Part shown: piece after piece, positions 1 to 9,410 of the stretch
Position numbering within the stretch: position 1 is the first letter of the stretch
How the letters are laid out: every line of letters starts with the position of its first letter
From: an uncultured delta proteobacterium
GTDB taxonomy: Bacteria > Desulfobacterota > Desulfobacteria > Desulfobacterales > Desulfosalsimonadaceae
Direction of reading: 5' to 3'
DNA: 64,000 bases
NCBI GenBank assembly: GCA_963826785.1
Contig: CAWGYD010000006.1
Location: 992,001-1,056,000 of the forward strand
Position numbers and translations under genes: made by a program
Notes under the pieces: generated by a model
What the model saw: only the letters and a program-made list of their open reading frames with translations
What the model was told of the DNA's origin: nothing
Database searches by the model: none

Positions 1-689
1 CCCACCACATGTTTTTCTCCACCTGGATGGTGGACATGATCTTTGTTCCCCTTTCTCTATGGGTGGTGGCGGTGTTTGCCATGGGGCTGAAGCGGTTTGT
101 GACCGATATGCATAAAAACGCCCTGGCGGAGGGAAAAACCAAACAGGAAAAAATTGAACTCAAGCCTTTTCTGCAGTCGCTGGTCAAGGTGATCCCGAAA
201 ATTCTGCAGCACAAGGATTTCTCGGAATGCGGTGAAAACAGCAACCGGGCCACCCCGCACATGATGGTCTTTTTCGCCTTTGTCGGGCTGGCCATCGTCA
301 CCGGCATCTTTTTCGTGGTTCTTTACGGGTTCGGCATCCACGGGCCGTATTCCCAGTTCAACCCGGTCAAGTGGCTGGCCAACATCTCCGGTATCGCTCT
401 GGTCATCGGCGGGCTGATCATGATTAAAAACCGCCTGGACAAGGGTGACGATCAGGCCACCACCTACAAGGACTGGTTCCTGGTGGGTCTGGTCTTGGGT
501 CTGGGCCTCACCGGTATGCTGGCGGAACTGACCCGTCTGGCGGATGCGGCGTTCCTGACCTACCTGATTTATTTCATCCACCTGATGTTTGTGTTCGTTT
601 TGTTCATGTTCCTTCCCTTTTCCAAACTGGCCCACCTGGTTTACCGTACCGTGGCCATGGGATATAAGGAGTACTCGGGGCGGCAGTAA
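1..689 (+). CDS. qmoC: Quinone-interacting membrane-bound oxidoreductase subunit QmoC, C-terminal membrane (cytochrome b-like) part; 5' truncated by window edge
   Basis: Multi-TM ORF with PHMMVFFAF, NPVKWLAN and YFIHL...LPFSKLAHLVYRTVAM motifs typical of QmoC; sat is adjacent. Confidence 0.88.
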   Translation, partial: HHMFFSTWMVDMIFVPLSLWVVAVFAMGLKRFVTDMHKNALAEGKTKQEKIELKPFLQSLVKVIPKILQHKDFSECGENSNRATPHMMVFFAFVGLAIVTGIFFVVLYGFGIHGPYSQFNPVKWLANISGIALVIGGLIMIKNRLDKGDDQATTYKDWFLVGLVLGLGLTGMLAELTRLADAAFLTYLIYFIHLMFVFVLFMFLPFSKLAHLVYRTVAMGYKEYSGRQ

Positions 690-722
690 TTCAATTCAGG
701 TTTAAGCTTCACTTAATTGCAG

Positions 723-758
723 AAGGGCCGGGGCAGTTTCATGCCGCCGGCCCTTTTT
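723..758 (+). terminator. Rho-independent terminator after qmoC
   Basis: aagggccggggca-gtttca-tgccgccggccctt hairpin followed by a T-run. Confidence 0.7.
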
Positions 759-811
759 GTCTTTCAAGCACTTTTCCTCCTTCTCTTTATTATCGTTACT
801 TCTCTGCTCTG

Positions 812-1216
812 CCTGACGGAGTCGTGAGCACAGGTCCGGTCCGCTCAGAATATTTTTGCCGCCCCGGGTAGTCGTTTAGTTGAGCAAGCATGGCAGGAAA
901 GCAGTATTTTTTCTCTCCCAATTCTCGAGGGCAAAAATCTACGATTCGCTCCCCAGACCCATGCTCACGACCCCGTCGGGGAAGGCGTTTATAACGGGTG
1001 TAATGGGGGGTCTGGGAAATTTGCACGGCCAAAGACATGCCGGTGGGGTTCGCCCGGCGAACATTGCTTCATTATTTTGCCAATGCTTCATGACGAAGCG
1101 AAGCGGCCGCATCCTGGATTGTCTGAGCCGACAGGCGAGTTTCCAGGATGCAGCGTAGTGAGTCATAGAAGCATCAAAATAATGAACAGTGAGCGGGTGA
1201 ACCCCACCGGCATGTC
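812..1216. repeat. Intergenic element made of two long imperfect hairpins (812-980 and 1034-1216)
   Basis: Arms 812-839/953-980; arms 1034-1056/1194-1216 (22 of 23 Watson-Crick) with nested inner stems 1068-1079/1175-1186 and 1109-1118/1142-1151. Confidence 0.75.
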
Positions 1217-1348
1217 GCCTCGGCTTCACTTCACTTATAGAACTTTACTGGGAGAAAGGGGATAGGCTTGAATGTCGCATATGATAAAAACTATAGAAAA
1301 AAAATTACCGCTCCGGCCGCAGCATGTAATTCATTATTGCGGGAAGGC

Positions 1349-1388
1349 AAAAAAAAAGGGCTTCTGCAGTCGCTGCAGAAGCCCTTTT
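1349..1388 (-). terminator. Rho-independent terminator of sat (potentially bidirectional)
   Basis: aaaagggcttctgcag-tcg-ctgcagaagccctttt perfect stem with an A9 tract that reads as a U-tail on the minus strand. Confidence 0.85.
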
Positions 1389-1410
1389 GGAATGACTGAT
1401 GTGAAATAAA

Positions 1411-2691
1411 TTACTTCTGGTCGCCGGTGGCGGCGCCGTGCAGCTTCACTTCGACCTTTTCTGTCAGGCCCTGGTAATACTCGCGAAGCACGTCGAGCAC
1501 TTCTTCACGGCCGAAATGATCCGGCAGTGTGGTGCCCTCGGAGAGGCCCTTTCTGAGCATGGTGCCGGACAGCAGAACACGGTCCTGCTTGGAGTGGGGG
1601 CAGGTCCTCAGGGAGGCCATGCCGTCGCACTTGTGGCAGTAGAAGGTCCAGTCGATCTTCAGGGGCTTGCACAGCAGGGCCTTGCCTTCGGCTTCCGGGG
1701 CGGGAATCTTGTCGAAGATGGTCTGTGCTTCGAACATCCCGTAGAAGTCGCCCACACCGGCATGGTCGCGGCCGATGATCATGTGGGTGCAGCCGTAGTT
1801 CTGGCGGAAGGTGGCGTGCAGCAGCGCTTCCCGGGGGCCGGCATAGCGCATGTCCAGCGGGTATCCGCCCTGGACAACTTTGTCGGCCACAAAATAATTG
1901 TTGACCAGCACTTCGATGCACTTGACGCGGACTTCGGCCGGAATGTCGCCGGGCTTCAGGTTGCCCACCAGTGAGTGGATGAAGACGCCGTCGCAGACTT
2001 CAACTGCGATCTTGGCCAGGTATTCATGGGAACGGTGCATGGGGTTTCTCAACTGCAGGGCGGCGATGGTCTGCCATCCGCGTTCCTCGAAAATCCTGCG
2101 GGATTCTGCCGGGCGCATGTAAATGCCGGCATACTTGGTGGGGAATTCGGCTTCGGAAAGGACTTTTACCGGTCCGGCCAGGTTGAAGTCTTTCTGGTTC
2201 ATGACCATCTGCACGCCGGGATGTTCATCCTTGGCGATCTTCCAGAATTCTTCAGCGGTGGCGGTGCCTTCGCCCATGAATGTTTTTTCGCATTCGTACT
2301 TTTTATTTTCCTCGGTCATCTCGAATTTTTCGGTGACCTTCATGGTTCCCATGATTTCCTTGCGTTCCGGATCATACAGGGCGACTTCCTCGCCGTCTTT
2401 GATGCTCTGGGCATCTTCGCGGCTTGCGGAAAGGGTCACCGGCACCGGCCAGAAGGTGCCGTCGGTCAGCAGGTAGTTATCCAGTACACCCTGCCAGTCT
2501 GCCTTGTTCATGAAACCGGTCAGGGGGGAAAAACCGCCGATGCCCAGCATGATCAGGTCGCCTCTTTCCCGGGGGGAGAGATTGATTTTTTTCAGACCTT
2601 CTGCTTTTTTCTTTTCCGCTTCCAGTTCCGCGCCTTCAAGAAGGCAAGTGGTCAGGCCTTTGCCGCCGTGGGGGGGTATTACAGTTGCCAT
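1411..2691 (-). CDS. sat: Sulfate adenylyltransferase (ATP sulfurylase), dissimilatory type
   Basis: 426 aa; IPPHGG N-terminus, [38 protein letters not shown], CxxC...CPH zinc site. Confidence 0.97.
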   Translation of the reverse strand: MATVIPPHGGKGLTTCLLEGAELEAEKKKAEGLKKINLSPRERGDLIMLGIGGFSPLTGFMNKADWQGVLDNYLLTDGTFWPVPVTLSASREDAQSIKDGEEVALYDPERKEIMGTMKVTEKFEMTEENKKYECEKTFMGEGTATAEEFWKIAKDEHPGVQMVMNQKDFNLAGPVKVLSEAEFPTKYAGIYMRPAESRRIFEERGWQTIAALQLRNPMHRSHEYLAKIAVEVCDGVFIHSLVGNLKPGDIPAEVRVKCIEVLVNNYFVADKVVQGGYPLDMRYAGPREALLHATFRQNYGCTHMIIGRDHAGVGDFYGMFEAQTIFDKIPAPEAEGKALLCKPLKIDWTFYCHKCDGMASLRTCPHSKQDRVLLSGTMLRKGLSEGTTLPDHFGREEVLDVLREYYQGLTEKVEVKLHGAATGDQK

Positions 2692-2772
2692 GTTTTACTT
2701 CTCCTTTCGATCATTATCTATCCATAGGTCAATTTTGCCCGTACATGCCTCAGCATAAATATCAAAAGATAT

Positions 2773-2801
2773 CTTCTAATAAGGAAACCCCTTTTTGTCA
2801 A
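2773..2801 (-). promoter_or_regulatory. Putative sigma70 promoter of sat
   Basis: Minus strand TTGACA-N17-TAGAAG, about 80 bp upstream of the start codon; -10 element imperfect. Confidence 0.45.
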
Positions 2802-2865
2802 GCGTAATCGGTTTTTTTAAAATCATCTGAAAATCAGCCGGTTAAAACACCTGCGCCTCATCATT

Positions 2866-3780
2866 TCATAGAGGCCTGCCAAACGGGACAAGGCATTTGG
2901 AGGGCGTTTTGATCATCGATATCACCAGGCAAGCGTCTATTTTGAAAAGGGGGAGAAGGCGGAGGAAATCATGCCGCTCCAGATAGACCAGACTGGTGGC
3001 AAAATCTTCGCGGGTGTGCGGTTCGAGGGTGACGACCAGATGCCCTGAATGCTTTTCCATGAACTCGAAAATGCGCTTGAAATCGATACGTCCTTCTCCC
3101 ATGCCCAGGTGTGCGTCCGCAGCCCCGGAATTATCGTGCAGGTGAAACTGCCCGATCCTGGAACCCAGGGCCTCCAGCCAGGCATCCAGACGGCCGTCGC
3201 CAAAAGCGGTAAGGTGCCCGGCGTCCAGACAGCAGCCGATATGCGCCGGATCCAGACGGGAAAACAGCCGGATCAGCATATCCGGGACGGTCTCGTAGAC
3301 ATTTTCCAGCATCAGTTTCGTGTTTTGCTCCTGCATGGCCTTTCCCAGCCATTCAAAAGTGTCGACAGCCGATTCCAGCCAGGCCTCCCTGCAGAAATCA
3401 TAGCGGGATTCATCATATCCGGCGTGGCAGACCACGGTTTGGGGGGAAAAGACCGATACGGCCGTCAGCAGCTGTTCGTAGCGCCGTCGCGTCGCCTCCC
3501 GGATCAGGCGGTCCGGGCTGCCCGGGGAAAGATCGAGAAATGGACCATGCAGGGTGATCCTCAGGCCCCGGTCATGAAACCGGGCGGCCATCTCGGCAAA
3601 ATCAGATGCGGAAAAGCGGTCCAGGGCCGCCGCATCCATCCCGATTTCCGGATTGAATCTGTGCGACAGATACAGATCGCGCCAGTCTTCTTCCACCAGC
3701 ATGGTATAGGGGATGTTGACCTGGACGGCATCGATGATCTGCCGCTGGATGGGGGTATATGAATAGCGACTAAGCCGCAT
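2866..3780 (-). CDS. Sugar phosphate isomerase/epimerase / AP endonuclease family 2 TIM-barrel protein
   Basis: TLHGPFLDLSPGS, VVCHAG, LENVYE, CLDAGH, FHLHDN..DAHL, TLEPH metal motifs; start uncertain (3780-3804). Confidence 0.85.
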   Translation of the reverse strand: MRLSRYSYTPIQRQIIDAVQVNIPYTMLVEEDWRDLYLSHRFNPEIGMDAAALDRFSASDFAEMAARFHDRGLRITLHGPFLDLSPGSPDRLIREATRRRYEQLLTAVSVFSPQTVVCHAGYDESRYDFCREAWLESAVDTFEWLGKAMQEQNTKLMLENVYETVPDMLIRLFSRLDPAHIGCCLDAGHLTAFGDGRLDAWLEALGSRIGQFHLHDNSGAADAHLGMGEGRIDFKRIFEFMEKHSGHLVVTLEPHTREDFATSLVYLERHDFLRLLPLFKIDACLVISMIKTPSKCLVPFGRPL

Positions 3781-4321
3781 CCGATGCATCGGCGTCGGTT
3801 TCACTGATGAAATCCTGGATCAGGTTGTCCACGTATTCCAGGTCGATGTCGGATTGCTTTTCCAGAACCAGGTCTTCATTGGCATGCCTGAGCTTGTTCA
3901 ACAGGTTCAGGACAATCAGCATCAGCAGCTTGTTGCCGGCATGGGGATGGGTTTTGAAGAAAAAGATCAGATTCCGCCGGGTGATCTGCATCACGGTGGT
4001 GTCCTTGACGCATGTTACGGTGGCGGTGCGTTTGGTGGCCATGAAAATGGCGGCCTCACCGAATATCTCGCCCGGGCCGATGCTGCAGATGGTGATTTCC
4101 TTGTCTTTGATGTCTTTTACCGAAACATGGACCTTGCCCTTGATCACTGCGTAGAGCGCATCTCCGACCTCGCCCTGGGAAATCACCGTCTCCCCTTTTT
4201 TAAAATGAAGAAGGGAGGATATGAGCAGCAGTTTCCGAAGTTCTTCTTCATGCAGCCAGTGCAGGATTTGGACATTCTTGATCTTCGGTAGAAACTTCTC
4301 GAAATTGGCTTCCTGTTCCAT
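3770..4321 (-). CDS. Cyclic nucleotide-binding (cNMP/Crp-type) domain protein without an obvious HTH
   Basis: GETVISQGEVGDALY, GPGEIFGEAAIF..RTATV cNMP-binding signature. Confidence 0.85.
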   Translation of the reverse strand: MEQEANFEKFLPKIKNVQILHWLHEEELRKLLLISSLLHFKKGETVISQGEVGDALYAVIKGKVHVSVKDIKDKEITICSIGPGEIFGEAAIFMATKRTATVTCVKDTTVMQITRRNLIFFFKTHPHAGNKLLMLIVLNLLNKLRHANEDLVLEKQSDIDLEYVDNLIQDFISETDADASDAA

Positions 4322-4397
4322 GATCCATCCTTGTTCCGGCGGTATTGGGCCGGGCAAAACGTTGGCAGTTAAGAGACTGTCATTTCAAATGAGAACA

Positions 4398-4426
4398 ATC
4401 ATAACTGCGTCACCAAAAGCTGTCAA
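4398..4426 (-). promoter_or_regulatory. Putative sigma70 promoter for the cNMP-domain gene
   Basis: Minus strand TTGACA-N17-TATGAT. Confidence 0.6.
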
Positions 4427-4656
4427 TATATTACCGCCGGGTCGTTGGGATCGCCTCTTGCGGGAAATCAACTCTTTACCCGGCGGGTTGAATCTCTCCC
4501 GCAATGGGGTCGAGGCCTATGTGTTTTAAGAACTGCCAAAATTGTGAGAAAAACATCCCGTATATTACAAAAATGTAAATCACAATGCTGGTTTAGTTAT
4601 TATGTTTTTAGATATAAGTATTTGTTATATAAATATAAATTATCAATACATAAATA

Positions 4657-4672
4657 TGGCATGCTCCATGCA
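4657..4672 (+). promoter_or_regulatory. Putative sigma54 (-24/-12) promoter
   Basis: TGGCATGCTCCATGCA = GG-N10-GC, preceded by a very AT-rich tract and the palindrome TTACA-AAAA-TGTAA at 4565-4578. Confidence 0.55.
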
Positions 4673-4744
4673 ATCACAATCTGCACGATAAGCATGATGC
4701 AAGAACAAGTTCATTTCGAATCCAATTTAAAAAAGGAGAAGCAC

Positions 4745-5476
4745 ATGAAGTATGGCAAGCTGTTGATTGTGGGCATGGTGCTGGTTTTGTCAGCAATGGG
4801 GGCAAAAGGGACATTTGCCGCGGATGTTACCGGGGCAGTGGATGTCAATTCCGCCTACGTATGGCGGGGGATTACCTTCAATGACGGTCTGGTGGTGCAG
4901 CCCAGCCTGGATGTCACCGCCGGTAATTTCGGTGTCAATGTCTGGGGCAACATCGACATCGACGATTATGACAATACATTGGATGCGGGTGAATTCTCGG
5001 AAGTGGACATCACCCTGACGTATTCCGCCAGTGCCGGTCCGCTGGGGATTACCGGCGGATATATCGAATACCTGTTCCCGGAAACGGATATGGGGGGCGC
5101 GCCGGGGACCCGGGAGGTGTTTCTGGACCTTTCCGCGGCGCCGGCCGACGGCTTCAGCGTGGGGCTTACGGGGTATTATGATTTCGACGAGGTGGATGAC
5201 TATTATCTCAATGCATACCTGGGGTATGGAATCGCACTGGATTCCGGCGTGGCGCTGGATATGGGCGCATCCGCGGGTTATGCCGGAGACGACATGGCCG
5301 CCGGCGGGGAAGCGGGTTTTCATGAATACACCCTGACGCTTGCGGCCGGCTATGCCGTCACCGAGCAGCTGGCCCTTTCCGCAACCCTGGGGTATACGGA
5401 TAGCCTGGATACAAATGTTTTGCCGGATCAGGATGTCAACCTTTTCGGCGGCGCGGGAATCGCCTATTCATTTTAA
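4745..5476 (+). CDS. Outer-membrane beta-barrel protein, TorF/TIGR02001-like putative porin
   Basis: AAGGAG RBS, signal peptide, SAYVWRG..VVQP, EVDITLTY, GYIEYLFP, C-terminal aromatic AYSF. Confidence 0.75.
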   Translation: MKYGKLLIVGMVLVLSAMGAKGTFAADVTGAVDVNSAYVWRGITFNDGLVVQPSLDVTAGNFGVNVWGNIDIDDYDNTLDAGEFSEVDITLTYSASAGPLGITGGYIEYLFPETDMGGAPGTREVFLDLSAAPADGFSVGLTGYYDFDEVDDYYLNAYLGYGIALDSGVALDMGASAGYAGDDMAAGGEAGFHEYTLTLAAGYAVTEQLALSATLGYTDSLDTNVLPDQDVNLFGGAGIAYSF

Positions 5477-5497
5477 TCCCGAATGAATCCGCTGCAC

Positions 5498-5545
5498 AAA
5501 AAAAGCCGGGGTCATGGTCTTTCGATCATGGCCCCGGCCTTTTTT
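5498..5545. terminator. Bidirectional terminator between convergent genes
   Basis: A7-gccggggtcatggtc-tttc-gatcatggccccggc-c-T6. Confidence 0.8.
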
Positions 5546-5558
5546 GATATATCGGGTG

Positions 5559-5954
5559 CTATTTTCTGGCGATGCCTTCCGCCGCACGCTCATGCTGTTT
5601 TGTCCATTGGTCCAGAATTTCCTCGGCGTCTTCCATGGAAGCGGCCTCGGTGATGCGATAGGGCACTTTCCTTCCGAATGTATTGAGAAGCTGCCGGCCA
5701 TTTTCATCCCCGATACGCACCACGTGCGCCATTTGATGATCCGCCAGCAATTTCTGTATGGCCTGAATTTCCGCAATATCCCCGTCGTCGAGATCACCCC
5801 CGTTGATCACCCGGGTAATGCAGGTAAAGCCGGGCGCCAGCTTATGGACCGCTTTTTCCAGTAAGCTTACGGAAAGCTGGGTATTGTTCCGATACAGGCC
5901 GCTCACGGTGAGATAGAGCCGGTTTTTGATCAGATCGACCCTGACGTCTAACAT
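5559..5954 (-). CDS. Hypothetical protein (STAS/SEC14-like small alpha/beta domain)
   Basis: 131 aa with AAGGA RBS; KNRLYLT..G N-terminus and SMEDAEEILD C-terminus resemble stand-alone STAS/SEC14-like proteins. Confidence 0.55.
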   Translation of the reverse strand: MLDVRVDLIKNRLYLTVSGLYRNNTQLSVSLLEKAVHKLAPGFTCITRVINGGDLDDGDIAEIQAIQKLLADHQMAHVVRIGDENGRQLLNTFGRKVPYRITEAASMEDAEEILDQWTKQHERAAEGIARK

Positions 5955-6296
5955 GTCTGATTCCTTATATTGGCATTTTTGGTGTTCGGTTAAAATCCGG
6001 TCCTTTTAATGAAAATCTCACATGATGTCAAGGATCAAGCAAATTGCTAACAGTCTATCTCGCGTTGATATACGGCGTGTGATCGCAGGTTTTTCCGTCA
6101 ATCGGATAAGCCAACCCGCGATGGGCCCAATCCTTCCTTTTTTTAAACGCCGTCCGGTGTTACCTTTATTCAATAACCATATAATAAATAATCCTCATTG
6201 CATCGCAAGCCTATAATTTGATAAAGAAAATAAAAAAAGTCAAGGATACTGCCGCCCCCGCTGTTTCGGAAAAAGGGCGGGAGAAGGGACGATGAA

Positions 6297-7607
6297 ATGG
6301 CATACTGCAGATACTGCGACCAGGACCACAACGTGGGGTTTGTTTCCACCCGGCTGACGGGCACGGACGGGGTTTCCCTGGAAACGGAAAAGTGGGCCGA
6401 CGTGTTCACCCGGCGCGGATTTACCTGCTTCTATTTTGCAGGGGAACTGGATCGGCCGCCCCAACGCTCTTTTCTTTCCCCCGAGGCGCATTTCAGGCAC
6501 CCGGCCATATATGAGATTCACCAGAGTGTTTTCGGGGTCTATGATCGCGGCCGGTACATCACCGATAAGATTCAGGCGCTCAAAGAAAAACTCAAAAACG
6601 ACCTGTACCGGTTTATCAGCAATTTTGAAATCGAACTGCTGGTCATCGAAAACGCGCTGGCCATCCCCATGAACATTCCCTTAGGGCTGGCGATTACCGA
6701 ACTGCTTTGTGAGAACCGGCTGCCGGTGATTGCCCATCACCATGATTTTTTCTGGGAACGCCAGCGTTTTTTAATCAATGCGGTCTGGGATTACCTGAAG
6801 ATGGCTTTCCCTCCCCATATTCCCGATATCGAGCACGTGGTGATCAGTTCGTCGGCAGGCGACCAGTTGAGCCTGCGGACGGGCATCTCCTCTCACATTA
6901 TTCCCAATGTCATGGATTTCGACAACCCCCCCGCGCCGCCGGACGAATACGCCGCCGATGTCAGGCAGTCGCTGGGCATTGCAGAAGATGAGCTGATGGT
7001 GCTTCAGCCCACCCGGGTGGTGAAGCGCAAGGGGATCGAGCATGCCATTGAACTGGTCAGCCGCCTGGGCATGAAGGCCAAGCTGATCATCTCCCACGCC
7101 TCCGGAGATGAGGGCTATCAATACGAGCAGCGAATCCGGGAATATTCCAAATTAATGAACGTAAACACCTATTTTGTCTCCGAGATTATCGGTGACCACC
7201 GGGGCAGGACCGAAGACGGCCGGAAGATATACACCCTCGATGACATCTATCCCCACGCCGACCTGGTCACCTATCCGTCCAACTACGAAGGTTTCGGCAA
7301 CGCCTTTTTGGAGGCGGTCTATTTTAAAAAGCCGGTGGTGGTGAATCTCTACTCGATTTACGCGGTGGATATCAAGCCCAGGGGGTTTTCCGTTATCGAA
7401 CTCGACGGGTATGTCACGGAAACAGCAGTGGAAAATACCAAAAGGGTGCTGTCCAACCCGGACCTGCGGGATCGCCTGGTCAACCACAATTTCGAGACTG
7501 CCGCCAATTATTATTCCTATTCGGTATTATACCAGCAGTTGGGCAATCTCATTGCCAAGTGCACCGGGTGCACGCACGACCCCTCCTGCGAGATACCATT
7601 GGCTTGA
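6297..7607 (+). CDS. Glycosyltransferase family 4 protein (mannosylglucosylglycerate synthase-like)
   Basis: GTDGVSLE..KW, AHHHDFFWER, LQPTRVVKRKGIE, YPSNYEGFGNAFLEA GT-B motifs. Confidence 0.85.
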   Translation: MAYCRYCDQDHNVGFVSTRLTGTDGVSLETEKWADVFTRRGFTCFYFAGELDRPPQRSFLSPEAHFRHPAIYEIHQSVFGVYDRGRYITDKIQALKEKLKNDLYRFISNFEIELLVIENALAIPMNIPLGLAITELLCENRLPVIAHHHDFFWERQRFLINAVWDYLKMAFPPHIPDIEHVVISSSAGDQLSLRTGISSHIIPNVMDFDNPPAPPDEYAADVRQSLGIAEDELMVLQPTRVVKRKGIEHAIELVSRLGMKAKLIISHASGDEGYQYEQRIREYSKLMNVNTYFVSEIIGDHRGRTEDGRKIYTLDDIYPHADLVTYPSNYEGFGNAFLEAVYFKKPVVVNLYSIYAVDIKPRGFSVIELDGYVTETAVENTKRVLSNPDLRDRLVNHNFETAANYYSYSVLYQQLGNLIAKCTGCTHDPSCEIPLA

Positions 7608-7789
7608 CATGGACACATCACACGGATATGAAAATACTTTCCACCCATTATCAATTCAGAATTGAAAAATGGCCGCTTGCCCGTTTTTTTCGTTTCCCGG
7701 AGTGACTGCCGGGTACTCGTGAAAACGTTACAAAAACGCAATATGAACATCGGGCCCCTCTAAACAGAGCGGGTCCTCAAGGAGCCCGG

Positions 7790-8377
7790 ATGAAAAGACT
7801 GGCGGCGGTATACGGCAGTCCGCGGCGAAACGGCAATACGGCCGCCCTTTTAAAAAAGGCGGTGGACGGGGCAAAAGATGCCGGAGCGCAAGTGGACGAG
7901 ATTGTTCTGCGGGATTACCGGATTTCGCCCTGCCTGGAAATCTATGCGTGCAAAAAAGAGGGGGAATGCGCCATCAAGGATGATTTTCAGCAGGTTCGCG
8001 ACCGGATTTTGAACGCTTCCGGCCTGATCATCGCCACCCCGATCTTTTTCTACACGGTCAGTTCCCATATCAAGATGCTCATGGACCGGTGCCAGTCCCT
8101 GTGGGTGAAAAAGTACTGGATCGACCAGGTGCCTTTCGGCCAATGGACCCCCAGGCGCAAGGGCCTGCTCATCGCGGCGGGGGCGACAAAAGGGAAAAAG
8201 CTGTTTGACGGCACCCTGCTGACCATGAAGTATTTCTTCGACGTTTTGGACATGGAACTTTTCGATTCACTGCTGTGCCGGGGACTTGATTTCGATCAAG
8301 ACGTCCTGTCACACCCGGAGTTTCTGGAGGCGGCCTTCGCGAAAGGCGCCGAACTGGCAAGGGCCGTCGAAAGCTGA
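7790..8377 (+). CDS. Flavodoxin family / iron-sulfur flavoprotein (NADPH-dependent FMN reductase family)
   Basis: GSPRRNGNT, PCLEIYACKKEGEC..KDD, ATPIFF...KMLMDR. Confidence 0.88.
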   Translation: MKRLAAVYGSPRRNGNTAALLKKAVDGAKDAGAQVDEIVLRDYRISPCLEIYACKKEGECAIKDDFQQVRDRILNASGLIIATPIFFYTVSSHIKMLMDRCQSLWVKKYWIDQVPFGQWTPRRKGLLIAAGATKGKKLFDGTLLTMKYFFDVLDMELFDSLLCRGLDFDQDVLSHPEFLEAAFAKGAELARAVES

Positions 8378-8378
8378 T

Positions 8379-9257
8379 ATGGATCTGGATTTCAAGCCGG
8401 TCTGTCTGTCCATGCAGTCGGAATACCGGGAATTTTTCAGCCGGTGTTCTGAAATGGCTTCGGATTACAGCTTCATCAATCTCTGGGGATGGGCGGATGT
8501 ATACGGCCTCGAGTGGGCCCGAATCGATTCCCTTATATTTATCCGACAGGCGCTTCCTGAACCCGCTTACTGGGCACCGGTGGGAAACTGGGCGGAAATC
8601 GACTGGGTGGGCCTGGTGAAAGAATACCCGGAGCTGAAGACCACGTTCATCCGGGTGCCGGAAACACTGGCCGGCATATGGCAAACCGTATTTGACGATG
8701 CTGCGGCGGTCGAGGATCGGGACCAGTGGGATTACCTCTATGATGCACAAGCGCTGCGCGAGCTTCGGGGAAACCGTTTCCATAAGAAAAAGAACCTGCT
8801 CAACCAGTTTGTCCGCAGCTATGAATACCAATACCGGGAAATGACCGCCGGAATGATTGATCAGGCGCTTGCGCTTCAGGATGACTGGTGCATCTGGCGG
8901 GAATGCGCCTCGGATGATCACCTTGTAAACGAAAACCGGGCCCTGACGCGGGTTCTGTCCAATTGGGATACGCTTTTGGGAATATCGGGCGGCAGCCTGT
9001 GGGACAGAGACCGGATGGTGGCCTGCACCGTGGGCGAACGGGTGGCAGACGATACACTGGTCATCCATTTTGAAAAAGGGGACCCGGCGTACAGGGGGAT
9101 TTATCAGGCCATCAACCAGATGTTCCTGGCCGGCCAGTCTCCTTCGATTCAATGGGTCAACCGGGAGCAGGACCTCGGTGATGACGGCCTGCGCAAGGCC
9201 AAACAGTCCTATCACCCGGCGGGGTTTCTCAAAAAGTATCGCATCGCTTTGCGCTGA
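8379..9257 (+). CDS. DUF2156 / phosphatidylglycerol lysyltransferase C-terminal-like domain protein
   Basis: SDYSFINLWGW, DRDQWDYLY..L..L.GNRFHKKKN, IHFEKG, NREQDLG..GLRKAKQSYHP. Confidence 0.85.
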   Translation: MDLDFKPVCLSMQSEYREFFSRCSEMASDYSFINLWGWADVYGLEWARIDSLIFIRQALPEPAYWAPVGNWAEIDWVGLVKEYPELKTTFIRVPETLAGIWQTVFDDAAAVEDRDQWDYLYDAQALRELRGNRFHKKKNLLNQFVRSYEYQYREMTAGMIDQALALQDDWCIWRECASDDHLVNENRALTRVLSNWDTLLGISGGSLWDRDRMVACTVGERVADDTLVIHFEKGDPAYRGIYQAINQMFLAGQSPSIQWVNREQDLGDDGLRKAKQSYHPAGFLKKYRIALR

Positions 9258-9410
9258 TTCTTGAATTCCCGCGGCTTTTCGATGCGCCTGCCGCCCTTTG
9301 GAGCGATTGGTCAAAGGCCGGATTTTCAGCCCTCCGGCCGGAAATCCGGAAAGGGCGCAGTGCGCACTGATTTATTAGTATAACTTAAAAAGATTGGAGT
9401 TTTATTCGTT

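Noticed and set aside
796..1265. Short ORFs in the qmoC-sat intergenic region
   Set aside because: No recognisable motifs or RBS; they are by-products of the palindromic element
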